Shown: positions 36,814-45,699, counted from the stretch's first letter. The stretch is 64,000 nucleotides of DNA from Thermoplasmatota archaeon (GCA_035526585.1 DATLCC010000087.1:80-64079); one strand, 5' to 3'. Translations and numbers: made by a program. Notes: generated by a model not told the origin, from the sequence alone.

Positions 36814-37998
36814 ATGACCGTCGTGCAATTCAGCTTCCCAACGACCATCCGATTCGGCCCTGGCGCGTCGCGAGAGGTCGCCTCGCATCTCGCCGCGCAA
36901 GGCCTGCATCGCCCGCTCGTCGTCACCGATGCCGGGCTCGCGAAGCTCCCCCTCCTCACCGACTTCGCGAAGGCGCTCTCCGGCGCGGCCGTCTTCAGCG
37001 ACATCGCCGGCAACCCGGGCGAGGGCCACGTCGCGAGCGGCGTCGACGCGTACCGCGCGCACCGCGCCGACTGCATCGTCGGCATCGGGGGCGGCGCCGC
37101 GCTCGACGTCGCGAAGGCCATCGCCCTCATGGTCCACCATCCCGGCGCGATCCTCGACTACGAGGACGCGAGCAGCGCTCCGCAGAGCGCTGCGAGTCCG
37201 CCGTCCCCCGCAGGGGACGGCTGGAGAAAGCCGGACGCGCGCCCCGTCGACAAGGAGATCCCCTACTGGGTCGCGCTCCCCACGACCTCCGGCACTGGAA
37301 GCGAGGTCGGCCGCAGCACCGTCATCTCCGACGCGCATCACGTGAAGCGCATCATCTTCCACCCGCGGCTCCTCGCGCGCGCGGTCTTCGCCGACCCCGC
37401 GCTCACGCTCGACCTCCCGCCGAAGATCACCGCCGCCACCGGGATGGACGCGATCACGCACTGCGTAGAAAGCTATCTCGCCAAGGACCACCACCCGATC
37501 TGCGACGGCATCGCGCTCGAAGGCCTGCGTCTTGCGTCCAGGGCGCTTCCCCGAGCCGTGGCGCACGGAAGCGACATGGACGCGAGGCGGGACATGATGA
37601 TGGCGAGCATGATGGGCGCCATCGCCTTCCAAAAAGGGCTCGGCGTCGCCCACAGCTGCGCCCACGCCCTGAGCGCCGTCGCGGACCTCCACCACGGCCT
37701 CGCCTGCGCCATGATGATCGACCACGCCATCGCCATGAACGTCCCCGCGCGCGAGGAGCGCTTCCGGGAGATGGCCCGCGTCGTCGGCGCCAAGGAGCAG
37801 ACCGCGGCCAGCTTCCTGCGCTGGCTCGCCGACCTCAAGGCCGAGATCGGCATCCCCGCCAGGCTCACGCAAGCCGGCGTCACACCAGAGCACCTCATCC
37901 GACTGCCCGACGCAGCCTTCGCGGACAGCTGCCACCAAAACAACCCAGTGCCCGTGACGACGCAGGATCTCCAGCGCATCTTCCACGAGGCCGCCTGA
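36814..37998 (+). CDS. Iron-containing (group III) alcohol dehydrogenase
   Basis: 394 aa with GIGGGAALDVAKA, TTSGTGSE and the His cluster HSCAHALS..HH. Confidence 0.9.
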   Translation: MTVVQFSFPTTIRFGPGASREVASHLAAQGLHRPLVVTDAGLAKLPLLTDFAKALSGAAVFSDIAGNPGEGHVASGVDAYRAHRADCIVGIGGGAALDVAKAIALMVHHPGAILDYEDASSAPQSAASPPSPAGDGWRKPDARPVDKEIPYWVALPTTSGTGSEVGRSTVISDAHHVKRIIFHPRLLARAVFADPALTLDLPPKITAATGMDAITHCVESYLAKDHHPICDGIALEGLRLASRALPRAVAHGSDMDARRDMMMASMMGAIAFQKGLGVAHSCAHALSAVADLHHGLACAMMIDHAIAMNVPAREERFREMARVVGAKEQTAASFLRWLADLKAEIGIPARLTQAGVTPEHLIRLPDAAFADSCHQNNPVPVTTQDLQRIFHEAA

Positions 37999-37999
37999 G

Positions 38000-39370
38000 A
38001 TGCTCGACGTCCACAACCCCGCCACAGGCGAACGCATCGCCCGCATCGACGCCGACACGCGCAACGACGTCGCCCGCAAAGCGCGCGCCACCCGCGCCGC
38101 CCAGCCATCCTGGCAAGAGATCGGCCTCGCAGCACGAAGCGAGATCCTCCGCACGCTGGGCCAACAGCTCCGAGGCCGCAAAGAAGACCTCGCCCGCACC
38201 CTCACCACCGAGGTCGGCAAACCCATCACCCAAAGCCGCCGCGAGCTCGACGGCACCCTCACCCGCCTCGACCACTTCCTCGCAGACTCCGCCGCTGCTG
38301 CGGCGGAGTCTGTGGTGTACGAGGATGGCTCGATGAAAGAGCTCGTCGAGCGCGAACCGCTGGGCGTCATCGCCAACATCAGCGCGTGGAACTACCCCTA
38401 CTTCGTCGGATCGAACGTCTTCCTCCCCGCGCTCCTCATGGGGAATGCCGTCCTCTACAAGCCCAGCGAATACGCCACGCTCACCGGCCTCGCCATCGCC
38501 GAGATGATGCATGCCGCGGGTGTACCGCCGGACGTCTTCGCCCCGGTCGTCGGCGGCGGCGACGTCGGCGCCTCGCTCCTCGCCGAGGACATCGACGCGG
38601 TCTTCTTCACGGGCTCCAACGCCACGGGCCGCCGCATCGCCGCCGCCGCGGGGGAGCGCATGATCCGCGCGCAGCTCGAGCTGGGCGGCAAGGACCCCGC
38701 CTACGTCGCGGACGACGTCGACGTGGGCGCCGCCGCCGCCTCGCTCGCGGACGGCGCGTTCTACAACGCAGGCCAATCGTGCTGCAGCGTCGAGCGCATC
38801 TACGTGCACGAGCGCATCCACGACGCGTTCGTCGACGCGTTCCTCGCAGAGGTGAAGACGTTCCAGGTGGGCGACCCGATGGACGAGCGCACGTACATCG
38901 GCCCGCTCGCTCGCCGGCAGCAGCTCGACGTGCTCGATGCGCAGGTCTCCGACGCGAAGGCCAAGGGCGCCCGGCTGCGCTGCGACGGGGCGCGCATCGA
39001 TGGACCGGGCTGGTACTACGCGCCCACGGTCCTCACCGACGTCGACCACACGATGCTCGCCATGCGCGAGGAGAGCTTCGGTCCGATCATCGGCATCCAG
39101 CGCGTGCGCGACGACGCGGAGGCCCTGCGGCTGATGAACGACAACGAGTTCGGGCTCACCGCCGCCGTCTATTCGCGGGACGAGGCGCGCGCGGCGGCGA
39201 TCCTGCGCCGCGCGCGCGCGGGCTCGGCCTACTGGAACTGCTGCGACCGCGTCTCCCCGCGTCTTCCCTGGTCGGGGCGCGGCGCCTCGGGGTATGGCGC
39301 GACGCTCGGACGCGACGGCATCCTCGCGATGACGCAGCCCAAGGCCTGGCACCTCAGGAGCGGCCCTTGA
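38000..39370 (+). CDS. NAD(P)-dependent aldehyde dehydrogenase
   Basis: 456 aa with FTGSNATG, LELGGKDP and the catalytic segment GQSCCSVER. It starts 1 nt after the ADH stop. Confidence 0.9.
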   Translation: MLDVHNPATGERIARIDADTRNDVARKARATRAAQPSWQEIGLAARSEILRTLGQQLRGRKEDLARTLTTEVGKPITQSRRELDGTLTRLDHFLADSAAAAAESVVYEDGSMKELVEREPLGVIANISAWNYPYFVGSNVFLPALLMGNAVLYKPSEYATLTGLAIAEMMHAAGVPPDVFAPVVGGGDVGASLLAEDIDAVFFTGSNATGRRIAAAAGERMIRAQLELGGKDPAYVADDVDVGAAAASLADGAFYNAGQSCCSVERIYVHERIHDAFVDAFLAEVKTFQVGDPMDERTYIGPLARRQQLDVLDAQVSDAKAKGARLRCDGARIDGPGWYYAPTVLTDVDHTMLAMREESFGPIIGIQRVRDDAEALRLMNDNEFGLTAAVYSRDEARAAAILRRARAGSAYWNCCDRVSPRLPWSGRGASGYGATLGRDGILAMTQPKAWHLRSGP

Positions 39371-40136
39371 CGGCCCACGCGCGCGCCACGAGCGCGATCG
39401 AGCCGTCCCCGCGCGCCGGCACGCGGCGCCGCATCTCCTCGCGCAGCGCGTCGTGCGCCTTGGGCTCCAGCGACGCGAGGTAGCCCGGCGCGGGCCCCTG
39501 TCCTCCAAGGAACGGGCGCCAGAGATCCTCGAAGTCCGCGAAGACCGTCGGCACGTCGATGGCGCGCGTCTCCACGCCCGCGAAGCCCGCGTCGCAGAAG
39601 AGCGCGTGGAGGGCCTCCGGCTGGCAGAGCGGGAAGCGCGCGCCCTCATCCAGCGCCTTCGCGCGCGCGTCGAGGACGCCCGCGGCATCCCAGAAGCGGC
39701 GCAGCATCTCCATCTTCCCGGCGTAGTCCCACACGTAGAGCGCGACGACGCCGCCGGGCCGCACCACGCGGCGCATCTCGCGCGCCATGCGCAAGGGCTC
39801 CGGGAGGAAGTTCGCGACGAGCCCGGAGGCGGCGGCGTCGAAGGACGCGTCGGGGAACGGGAGCGCCTGGGCGTCCGCGACCTCGAAGCGGGCGCGCTCG
39901 CCGCCGAGTAGCGCGCGCGTGCTCTCCACGTAGGCGGGCGAGAGGTCGACCCCCGTCACGCGCGCGGCGCCCGCGGCGAGCGCGGCCTCCGAGAGGGCGC
40001 CGCTGCCGCACCCCACGTCGAGCACGCGCGCCCCCGTCGGGAGCTGCGCCCATGCGAGGAACGCGGGCGCGATCCGGCGCGACCACCGGCCGACATAGGC
40101 CTCATACGCATCCGCCTGGTTCCACGCGTCGGGCAT
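39354..40136 (-). CDS. Class I SAM-dependent methyltransferase
   Basis: Motif I is VLDVGCGSGAL and post-I is VTGVDLS. I take the start at MPDAWNQADAY (ATG 40136); the track start is 40163. Confidence 0.8.
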   Translation of the reverse strand: MPDAWNQADAYEAYVGRWSRRIAPAFLAWAQLPTGARVLDVGCGSGALSEAALAAGAARVTGVDLSPAYVESTRALLGGERARFEVADAQALPFPDASFDAAASGLVANFLPEPLRMAREMRRVVRPGGVVALYVWDYAGKMEMLRRFWDAAGVLDARAKALDEGARFPLCQPEALHALFCDAGFAGVETRAIDVPTVFADFEDLWRPFLGGQGPAPGYLASLEPKAHDALREEMRRRVPARGDGSIALVARAWAVKGRS

Positions 40137-40650
40137 GGCGGGGTCAGGCGCGCTGGGGCGCAAAAGGGAGACGGACTGGCGCGACCGCCTGCGCGCCGAG
40201 GCGATCCGCAGCGCGCACGACGACTTCGACCTCCTCTACCACGTCTCCCTCGCGCCCGCGTTCCCGCCCGGCTACGACATGCCCGGCATCGTCGCGATCA
40301 CGTTCCGCCTGCGCGAACGGGCTCGCGGCGGCCATCTGTTCGTCACCGCGCTCGACCCGGCCGCGGCGGTGCGCCTGGGCGGGCGGCTGGGCCTTGCGCC
40401 CGAGGAGGCGCTCGCGATGGTGGACTCGCACGAGCGGATGCACGTGGAGCTCCAGCTCGCCGGCGTGCCTGAGGAAGTGGAGGAGGCGCGCTCGCGGTTC
40501 CTCGATGCGGTGTGGCTCTCCCTGCGTCACCCGCGCGCCGAGGCGCTCGTGCGCACGGGAGCGTTCGGGCTCGTGAGCGAGGTGGGCGCGGACTTCTGGG
40601 AGCGCCTCCTCGACCCCGAGGCCAAGGCTGAAGCGCAGCGCCCGCGTTGA
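40135..40650 (+). CDS. Hypothetical protein with an HExxH motif (HERMH)
   Basis: 171 aa. GC3-rich codon periodicity supports this frame over antisense ORF 40144..40854. Contains MVDSHERMHVELQ. No family is recognised. The start is uncertain because the ATG shares CATG with the divergent methyltransferase start. Confidence 0.45.
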   Translation: MAGSGALGRKRETDWRDRLRAEAIRSAHDDFDLLYHVSLAPAFPPGYDMPGIVAITFRLRERARGGHLFVTALDPAAAVRLGGRLGLAPEEALAMVDSHERMHVELQLAGVPEEVEEARSRFLDAVWLSLRHPRAEALVRTGAFGLVSEVGADFWERLLDPEAKAEAQRPR

Positions 40651-40657
40651 CCCGTCC

Positions 40658-41716
40658 ATGCGCATCCGGCTGCTGCTGGTCCTTGCCCTCGTAGCCGGCT
40701 GCGTCACGCCCGACGCGCACTCGCCCACCCCCGAGACGAACGTCACGAGCCCCACGGGCGACGCGAGCATGCCGAACGGAACGATGTCGATGCCCCCGAT
40801 GGGGGAGCGCATGGCGGTCGCGACGGAGCCGTTCCTGCTCATGAGCGACCACACGATGACGGTCGTGCCGCGCGACGCGCAGCCGATCCCGGAGGCGACG
40901 GTCGCCGAGACGGCGCGCGCGACGGCCTTCTACGAATCGTTCGCGAGCGGGCTCGAGCTCACGCCGTGGACGGGTCCCCCCTCGCGCAGCGCGTGGGAGA
41001 CGACCGCGGACCTCGACATCACCGTGAAGTTCAAGACGAACGCTCCTGCCGTCGGAACGAACCCGAGCCCGGCGGGCTTTCCGGCCGTCGGCGGCTGGTT
41101 CGGCACGACCGAGCGCGCGGCGTTCTTCGTCCTTGCGACGGACGCGCCGCAGACGCTCGAAGCCAACAAGGTCTACACGGTGCATCTCGTCGCGACGCCG
41201 CCGAAGGGCGGATTCTTCCTGCGGGAGGGAGAGCATCTCGCGCTCACGACCTTCCTCTCCTACCAGGTCGCGGATGGGAGCGCGCCCATGTACGTCGTGG
41301 GCGGCGACGAGCCCGCGGGCTTCGCGCTCGTCCACGAGCACTTCAACCTCACGGCGCCCACCGCGACCGTGCTCTACGACAAGAGCGGCGAGGTGGGGCC
41401 CAACCCCGGCTTCACGGGCGACATGCAGCAGACCCCGGTCGACGTGCCGTTCAAGGTGCCGCCGGACGCGCTCTTCGTCGTGCTCGAGATCACGGGCGCG
41501 CCGAAGGCCGGGACGCGGGTCGACCTGGATGTGGGCGCGCGCACGGCAGGCGGCGACGTCATCGCCTCGGGCTCGAGCCCCGAGGCGACGGAGATGGTCG
41601 TGCTCGGCCCGGGGAACCTTGCGGCGTACGGGCGCGACCTCGTCGCGCGCGTCACGAGCTCGTCGAACCCGTCGGGCGCGACGTTCGCGCTGAAGATCAC
41701 GTCCTACGCACCCTAG
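40658..41716 (+). CDS. Lipoprotein of unknown function
   Basis: 352 aa. The N-terminus is MRIRLLLVLALVAGC (lipobox). A Thr/Pro-rich linker and a beta-rich body follow. It lies 8 nt after the preceding ORF. Confidence 0.65.
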   Translation: MRIRLLLVLALVAGCVTPDAHSPTPETNVTSPTGDASMPNGTMSMPPMGERMAVATEPFLLMSDHTMTVVPRDAQPIPEATVAETARATAFYESFASGLELTPWTGPPSRSAWETTADLDITVKFKTNAPAVGTNPSPAGFPAVGGWFGTTERAAFFVLATDAPQTLEANKVYTVHLVATPPKGGFFLREGEHLALTTFLSYQVADGSAPMYVVGGDEPAGFALVHEHFNLTAPTATVLYDKSGEVGPNPGFTGDMQQTPVDVPFKVPPDALFVVLEITGAPKAGTRVDLDVGARTAGGDVIASGSSPEATEMVVLGPGNLAAYGRDLVARVTSSSNPSGATFALKITSYAP

Positions 41717-42657
41717 AATCCTGGGAGCGCGCGCGTGGTCCCGCGTCGGAACGCGACGGCCTGGAACGCGCTTCCGAGGCGCGCGGGGCTCGTGAGCTCG
41801 TGGTCGTCCACGTCGAGCGCGGTGAGGAGATCCTCCTGCGTCACGAGCCCCAGCTCCTCCAAGCCGGCGTCGGTGGCGGCGCGCGCGACCGCGCTCCAAT
41901 CGACGTCGGCCGTCATGTCCTGCTCGCCCACGCTCGCGTACCAGTCGTGGTTCTGGCCGTGCGCGCGGTACGCGGCGAGCGTACCGTTGGGACGCGTCTG
42001 CGCGTAGAGCGCGGGAGCGGGGTCGCCGTAGTCGATGAAGAGGAGGAACCCAGGGTCCGCGAGGCGCGCGGCGGCTCGCACGAACGCGGGGAGGTCGGGC
42101 GCGACGTCGCAGATCTGTCCGCGGGCGGGCGCGACGCCAGGGAACCGGTCGTCGCACGGGAGCAGCCGGTCGCGCAGGTGGCCCGACGCATCGAGGTCGA
42201 CGTACACCTCGAAGTCCGAGCGCGGCCCGCCGACGATGCGCCGGACCGGCAGCGCATCGAGGACCTCGTTGCCGAACACGAGCGTCGGCGCGCCCGTTGG
42301 GATCTCCTCGATGCGCGCCACCGCGCGCGCGCCCGCGCTCGCCTGCTGCGCGCGCAGCCCCGCGCTCGCGTCGACCGTCCAATATTCGACGTCGGGGAGA
42401 GCCTCGATCACGTGGCGCGCGAGCGCGCCGGTGCCGGCCCCGATCTCGACCACGCGCGGCATGCCCGAGGCGGCCACGAGGCGCGCGATGGCATCGCGGA
42501 ACGCAGGGTACCGCACGCTCGTGGAGAAGTCGCCGTCGGGCCCGATGGCGGGGCCGCGTCCGTAGTACGCGTCCAGGCAGCGCGCCATGTAGCGGTCGAA
42601 ACGCATGGGGCCCTCGCGGCGGATCTCGGCCTTGATCTCCTCCACGAGCCCGGTCAA
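41713..42657 (-). CDS. MidA / NDUFAF7-like (DUF185) SAM-dependent methyltransferase, paralogue 2
   Basis: This is the C-terminal part of track ORF 41713..43944. TTG 42657 overlaps the upstream stop (TTGA), and GTG 42645 is an alternative start. LTGLVEEIKAEIRREGPMRFDRYMARCLDAYYGRGPAIGPDGDFSTS aligns with the N-terminus of paralogue 1. Motif I is VVEIGAGTGALA. Confidence 0.7.
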   Translation of the reverse strand: MTGLVEEIKAEIRREGPMRFDRYMARCLDAYYGRGPAIGPDGDFSTSVRYPAFRDAIARLVAASGMPRVVEIGAGTGALARHVIEALPDVEYWTVDASAGLRAQQASAGARAVARIEEIPTGAPTLVFGNEVLDALPVRRIVGGPRSDFEVYVDLDASGHLRDRLLPCDDRFPGVAPARGQICDVAPDLPAFVRAAARLADPGFLLFIDYGDPAPALYAQTRPNGTLAAYRAHGQNHDWYASVGEQDMTADVDWSAVARAATDAGLEELGLVTQEDLLTALDVDDHELTSPARLGSAFQAVAFRRGTTRALPGF

Positions 42658-43664
42658 CGACGGCTCGCCCCGGGATAGAGATCGGCACGGAACCCTGGCA
42701 GGGGCGGTTCCTTCGCGACGCCGCGTCCGAGGCAGAGCACGCGGAAGCGCTCGCCCATCGCGGTGGGCATGAGAAGGCTCTTGCCCGCGGCGTACGCGTC
42801 GTGGTCGCCTCGCCCCATCGCGCTCATCATGTCCTCGACGAGGCCGAGGTCCGCGAGGAACTCGCCTTGGCTGCGGGCGCCCAGGACCTCGAAGCCGCGG
42901 GCGAGCGCGAGCCGTTCGATCGCGGCGAAGTCCACGTCGGCCGTGATGTCCTGCTCTCCGGGCGCCCGAAGCGGCGAGGTCACCTGGTGCTTCGAGAAGC
43001 CGCGCAGCGTGCCGCCGGGGCGAGGCGGGCCGGCCGCGTAGTCGAGGAAGAGCGCGATGCAGCGCGGCGCGGCGACCGCCATCGCGTCGAGGAGCGCGCC
43101 CGCCTCGACGCACACCTCGGCGACGTCGCCCTCCTGCAGGTCCGAAGGGACGCTGGCGGGTCCCAGCGTGAGGGGCCCGGTCGTCTCGACGAACTCTTCG
43201 TCCCGCCACACGACGTAGCCTTCGCGCGCGCCCTCGGGGGTCATGTGGATCCGGTGGACGGGCAGCGCGTCGAGGAGCTCGTTCGCGACGAAGATCGTGG
43301 GCCGGGGGCGCAGCTCCCCGAGCGATGACGCGACCTGGAGGCCGCGCGCCTCCTGCTTCTTCGCAAGGCCCACCGAGGGCTCGACCACCGTGATGTCGAC
43401 TCCCAGCTGCGAGGCGAGGTCGCCGCGGCCGCCTCCGAGCTCGACGACGCGCGCGATGCCGTCCATGCGCGCGAGTGCGCCTTTCACGAAGCGCGACAAG
43501 GCGAGCGGGAAGAGCGAGACGTTCGAGGCGGTGTAGAAGTCGCCCTCCGCGCCGATGTCGGGCCCCCTCGCGTAGTACGCCTGCGCCGCGGCGGCCATGA
43601 AGTCGCGCACCGTCATCGGCCCGTCCTTCTCGATGCGCGCGCGCAGCTCGTCCGCGAGGGGCAC
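42654..43664 (-). CDS. MidA / NDUFAF7-like (DUF185) SAM-dependent methyltransferase, paralogue 1
   Basis: 336 aa with ..GPMTVRDFMAAAAQAYYARGPDIGAEGDFYTASNVS.., VVELGGGRGDLA and ANELLDALPVHR. Confidence 0.75.
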   Translation of the reverse strand: MPLADELRARIEKDGPMTVRDFMAAAAQAYYARGPDIGAEGDFYTASNVSLFPLALSRFVKGALARMDGIARVVELGGGRGDLASQLGVDITVVEPSVGLAKKQEARGLQVASSLGELRPRPTIFVANELLDALPVHRIHMTPEGAREGYVVWRDEEFVETTGPLTLGPASVPSDLQEGDVAEVCVEAGALLDAMAVAAPRCIALFLDYAAGPPRPGGTLRGFSKHQVTSPLRAPGEQDITADVDFAAIERLALARGFEVLGARSQGEFLADLGLVEDMMSAMGRGDHDAYAAGKSLLMPTAMGERFRVLCLGRGVAKEPPLPGFRADLYPGASRR

Positions 43665-43691
43665 GCGCCGCGCATGCGGGGGGCGGCATTT

Positions 43692-44264
43692 CTATTCGAC
43701 GGGCTCGTCCAGCTCCCCGGCTTCCAGCGCGCCCGTGTCCCACTCGTCGAGGAGCCGGTTGGGCTCGGCCAGGATCGTGGGGTCGAGGAGCATCTCGAGG
43801 CGCTGCGCCCCGCGGCGCTCCTCCGCCTCGAGCCCGGCGAGCGTCTCGCGCAGCAGGAGGATCAGCTTGCGACGCGCGGTGGGCTCGTGTCCGTACTCGC
43901 TCGACCACTTGCGCCAGGCCGGGCGCCGGTGCGCGAGCTTCCACTTCGTTCCTTCCATCACGGTCTGATAGCTGTTCGAGTCGAGCTTGCGCACGCGCTG
44001 GTGGGCGAGGACGTACCAGTGGAACATCGTCCCTTCGGGCGCACCGCTGCCGGCGGGAGCGCTCGTGCGGCGGCGCTTGGTCGCGCGGAAGCTGAAGTCC
44101 CAGCGGTCGGGGGCGACCTTGCGCTCGCGCCAGCGGCCCTCGGGATAGCCCCAGTCGTGGGCGCCGCCGACGGGCATGCCCGTGTAGGTCCGACCGTCGA
44201 AGACTTTCGTCGCGTCGTAGCCCACGAGCACTCTTCGCGCGTCCTCGCCTTCAAAGCGCGCCAA
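43692..44264 (-). CDS. Hypothetical protein (Trp/Arg-rich, acidic C-terminal tail)
   Basis: 190 aa. The frame has a good GC3 pattern. It overlaps the upstream SMUG1-like gene by 14 nt. No recognisable motif. Confidence 0.5.
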   Translation of the reverse strand: MARFEGEDARRVLVGYDATKVFDGRTYTGMPVGGAHDWGYPEGRWRERKVAPDRWDFSFRATKRRRTSAPAGSGAPEGTMFHWYVLAHQRVRKLDSNSYQTVMEGTKWKLAHRRPAWRKWSSEYGHEPTARRKLILLLRETLAGLEAEERRGAQRLEMLLDPTILAEPNRLLDEWDTGALEAGELDEPVE

Positions 44265-44949
44265 GGCCCCCGAGCTGCTCCTCTGCCTGCCTGGCCCACC
44301 CCTTGTTGGCGACGGGGGACGCGGGGCTCGGATGGAGCACGCGGCCGATCCTCGCGCGGTCCCCGACCACGCGGCGTGCCCGCTCCTCGGCGAACCGGCC
44401 GACGCCCACGACGATCTCCGGCGCGAGCGCGCGCACGACGGCGTCGAGGTGCGCGTCGCACGCGGTCTCGAGCGCTTCGACCGCTTTCGCGCCCAGCTGC
44501 GGCGGCGTCAGGTTCTTGCCGGCCTCGTCGAAGAAAAGGAGCGGGCAGTAGTTGACGATGAAGAAGCGCTCGAAGAACGCGGGCGCGGCGCCGTAGCGCC
44601 CTTGCGCCCAGCCATAGAGGCGCGAACCGGAGGGCTCGCGGCGCGCGCAGGCGAAGCCGGTGACGGGGCGCTTGGGGTGCGCTCGGGCGGGCTGCGCGTG
44701 CTCGCCGGAGATCCCCATCCAGTCGCGCACGTAGACGACGTCGCCGAAGGGGACTCCCGTCTGGCCCATGCCCCACGGACCCGGGTTCATGCCGACGAGG
44801 AGCGCGCGGCGCTTCCCCTTCCCGAACGTCTCGGCATACTTCGCGTGCGCGCCCCAGGCGTAGCGCAGCGGGTTGTAGACGTAGGGCGCGAGATGGTCGA
44901 GCGCGTCGCAACGGTCGCGAAGCGTCTTCGCCGCCTCGAGCACGGACAT
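44251..44949 (-). CDS. SMUG1-family (family 3) uracil-DNA glycosylase, copy A
   Basis: 232 aa. GMNPGPWGMGQTGVPFG and HPSPASPVANKGW match the two SMUG1 signature motifs (GMNPGPFGMAQTGVPFG / HPSPRNPQANKGW). Confidence 0.8.
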   Translation of the reverse strand: MSVLEAAKTLRDRCDALDHLAPYVYNPLRYAWGAHAKYAETFGKGKRRALLVGMNPGPWGMGQTGVPFGDVVYVRDWMGISGEHAQPARAHPKRPVTGFACARREPSGSRLYGWAQGRYGAAPAFFERFFIVNYCPLLFFDEAGKNLTPPQLGAKAVEALETACDAHLDAVVRALAPEIVVGVGRFAEERARRVVGDRARIGRVLHPSPASPVANKGWARQAEEQLGGLGAL

Positions 44950-44973
44950 GCGACGGGCAAGCGCCTGACCGCT

Positions 44974-45654
44974 CTAAAGGATGGCGTCGAGATCCTCGCC
45001 CCATCCGGCGTTGTTGGCCGGGTTCGCGGGCGACGGGTGACGGACGGCATGGATCGCGGCAGAGGGCGCGATGCGCCGCACCTGCGCCTCGACGAACTGG
45101 CCCATCGGGACGAGGACGCAGGGCGCGAGCGCGTCCAACGCATCCTCGAGCCAGGCGTCGCACGCCGGCTGCAGGCGCGCGAGCGCGTGCTTCGCGAGCG
45201 ACGGCAGCGGAATGTTGCGCCCCTGTGCATCGAGGAGAAGGAGCGGGCAATAATTGGTCACGAAGCAGCGCTCGAAGAACGCCTTCGCGGTGCCGAATCG
45301 CCGCTTGGCCCAGCCGTAGAATTTGCCGCCGCTGGGATCGCTGCGGGTGGAATCGAAGCCGAGGATCGGCCGCTTCGGATGCGTCCTCAGAGGTGGCGCC
45401 ACGTGGCCCCCGATGCCCATCCACCCGTGCGCCCACGCGACGTCCGCGAAGGGGACGCCCGTCTGCGCCATGCCCCACGGACCCGGGTTCATGCCGACGA
45501 ACAAGGCGCGCCCGCGGGCGTCGCCGTAGGCGCGGAGGTACTTCTCGTGCGGATCCCAGGCGTAGCGGAGCGGGTGGTAGGCGTGCGCGACGCCGGGGAG
45601 CTCCACCTCGTCCAGCGCGTCCCTCAGGCGCGCTGCTGCCTCCACGAGCCGCAT
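44974..45654 (-). CDS. SMUG1-family (family 3) uracil-DNA glycosylase, copy B
   Basis: 226 aa with GMNPGPWGMAQTGVPFA and HPSPANPANNAGW. It is a tandem paralogue of copy A. Confidence 0.8.
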   Translation of the reverse strand: MRLVEAAARLRDALDEVELPGVAHAYHPLRYAWDPHEKYLRAYGDARGRALFVGMNPGPWGMAQTGVPFADVAWAHGWMGIGGHVAPPLRTHPKRPILGFDSTRSDPSGGKFYGWAKRRFGTAKAFFERCFVTNYCPLLLLDAQGRNIPLPSLAKHALARLQPACDAWLEDALDALAPCVLVPMGQFVEAQVRRIAPSAAIHAVRHPSPANPANNAGWGEDLDAIL

Positions 45655-45699
45655 GGCTTGCGGTGGGCCCCTCGTGCCAAGAGGTTGGCGGCTGCCTCT

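Noticed and set aside
40134-40137. Head-to-head overlapping start codons (CATG) of the methyltransferase (minus strand) and the 171-aa hypothetical (plus strand) as a special regulatory arrangement
   Set aside because: This is more likely a start-codon assignment problem. Both ORFs have alternative in-frame starts (40163 for the minus gene, internal Met/Val for the plus gene), and there is no room for two promoters.
40144-40854. 236-aa minus-strand ORF
   Set aside because: It overlaps the start and lipobox signal peptide of the well-formed lipoprotein gene at 40658 and is antisense to the GC3-periodic 171-aa frame. It has no motifs.
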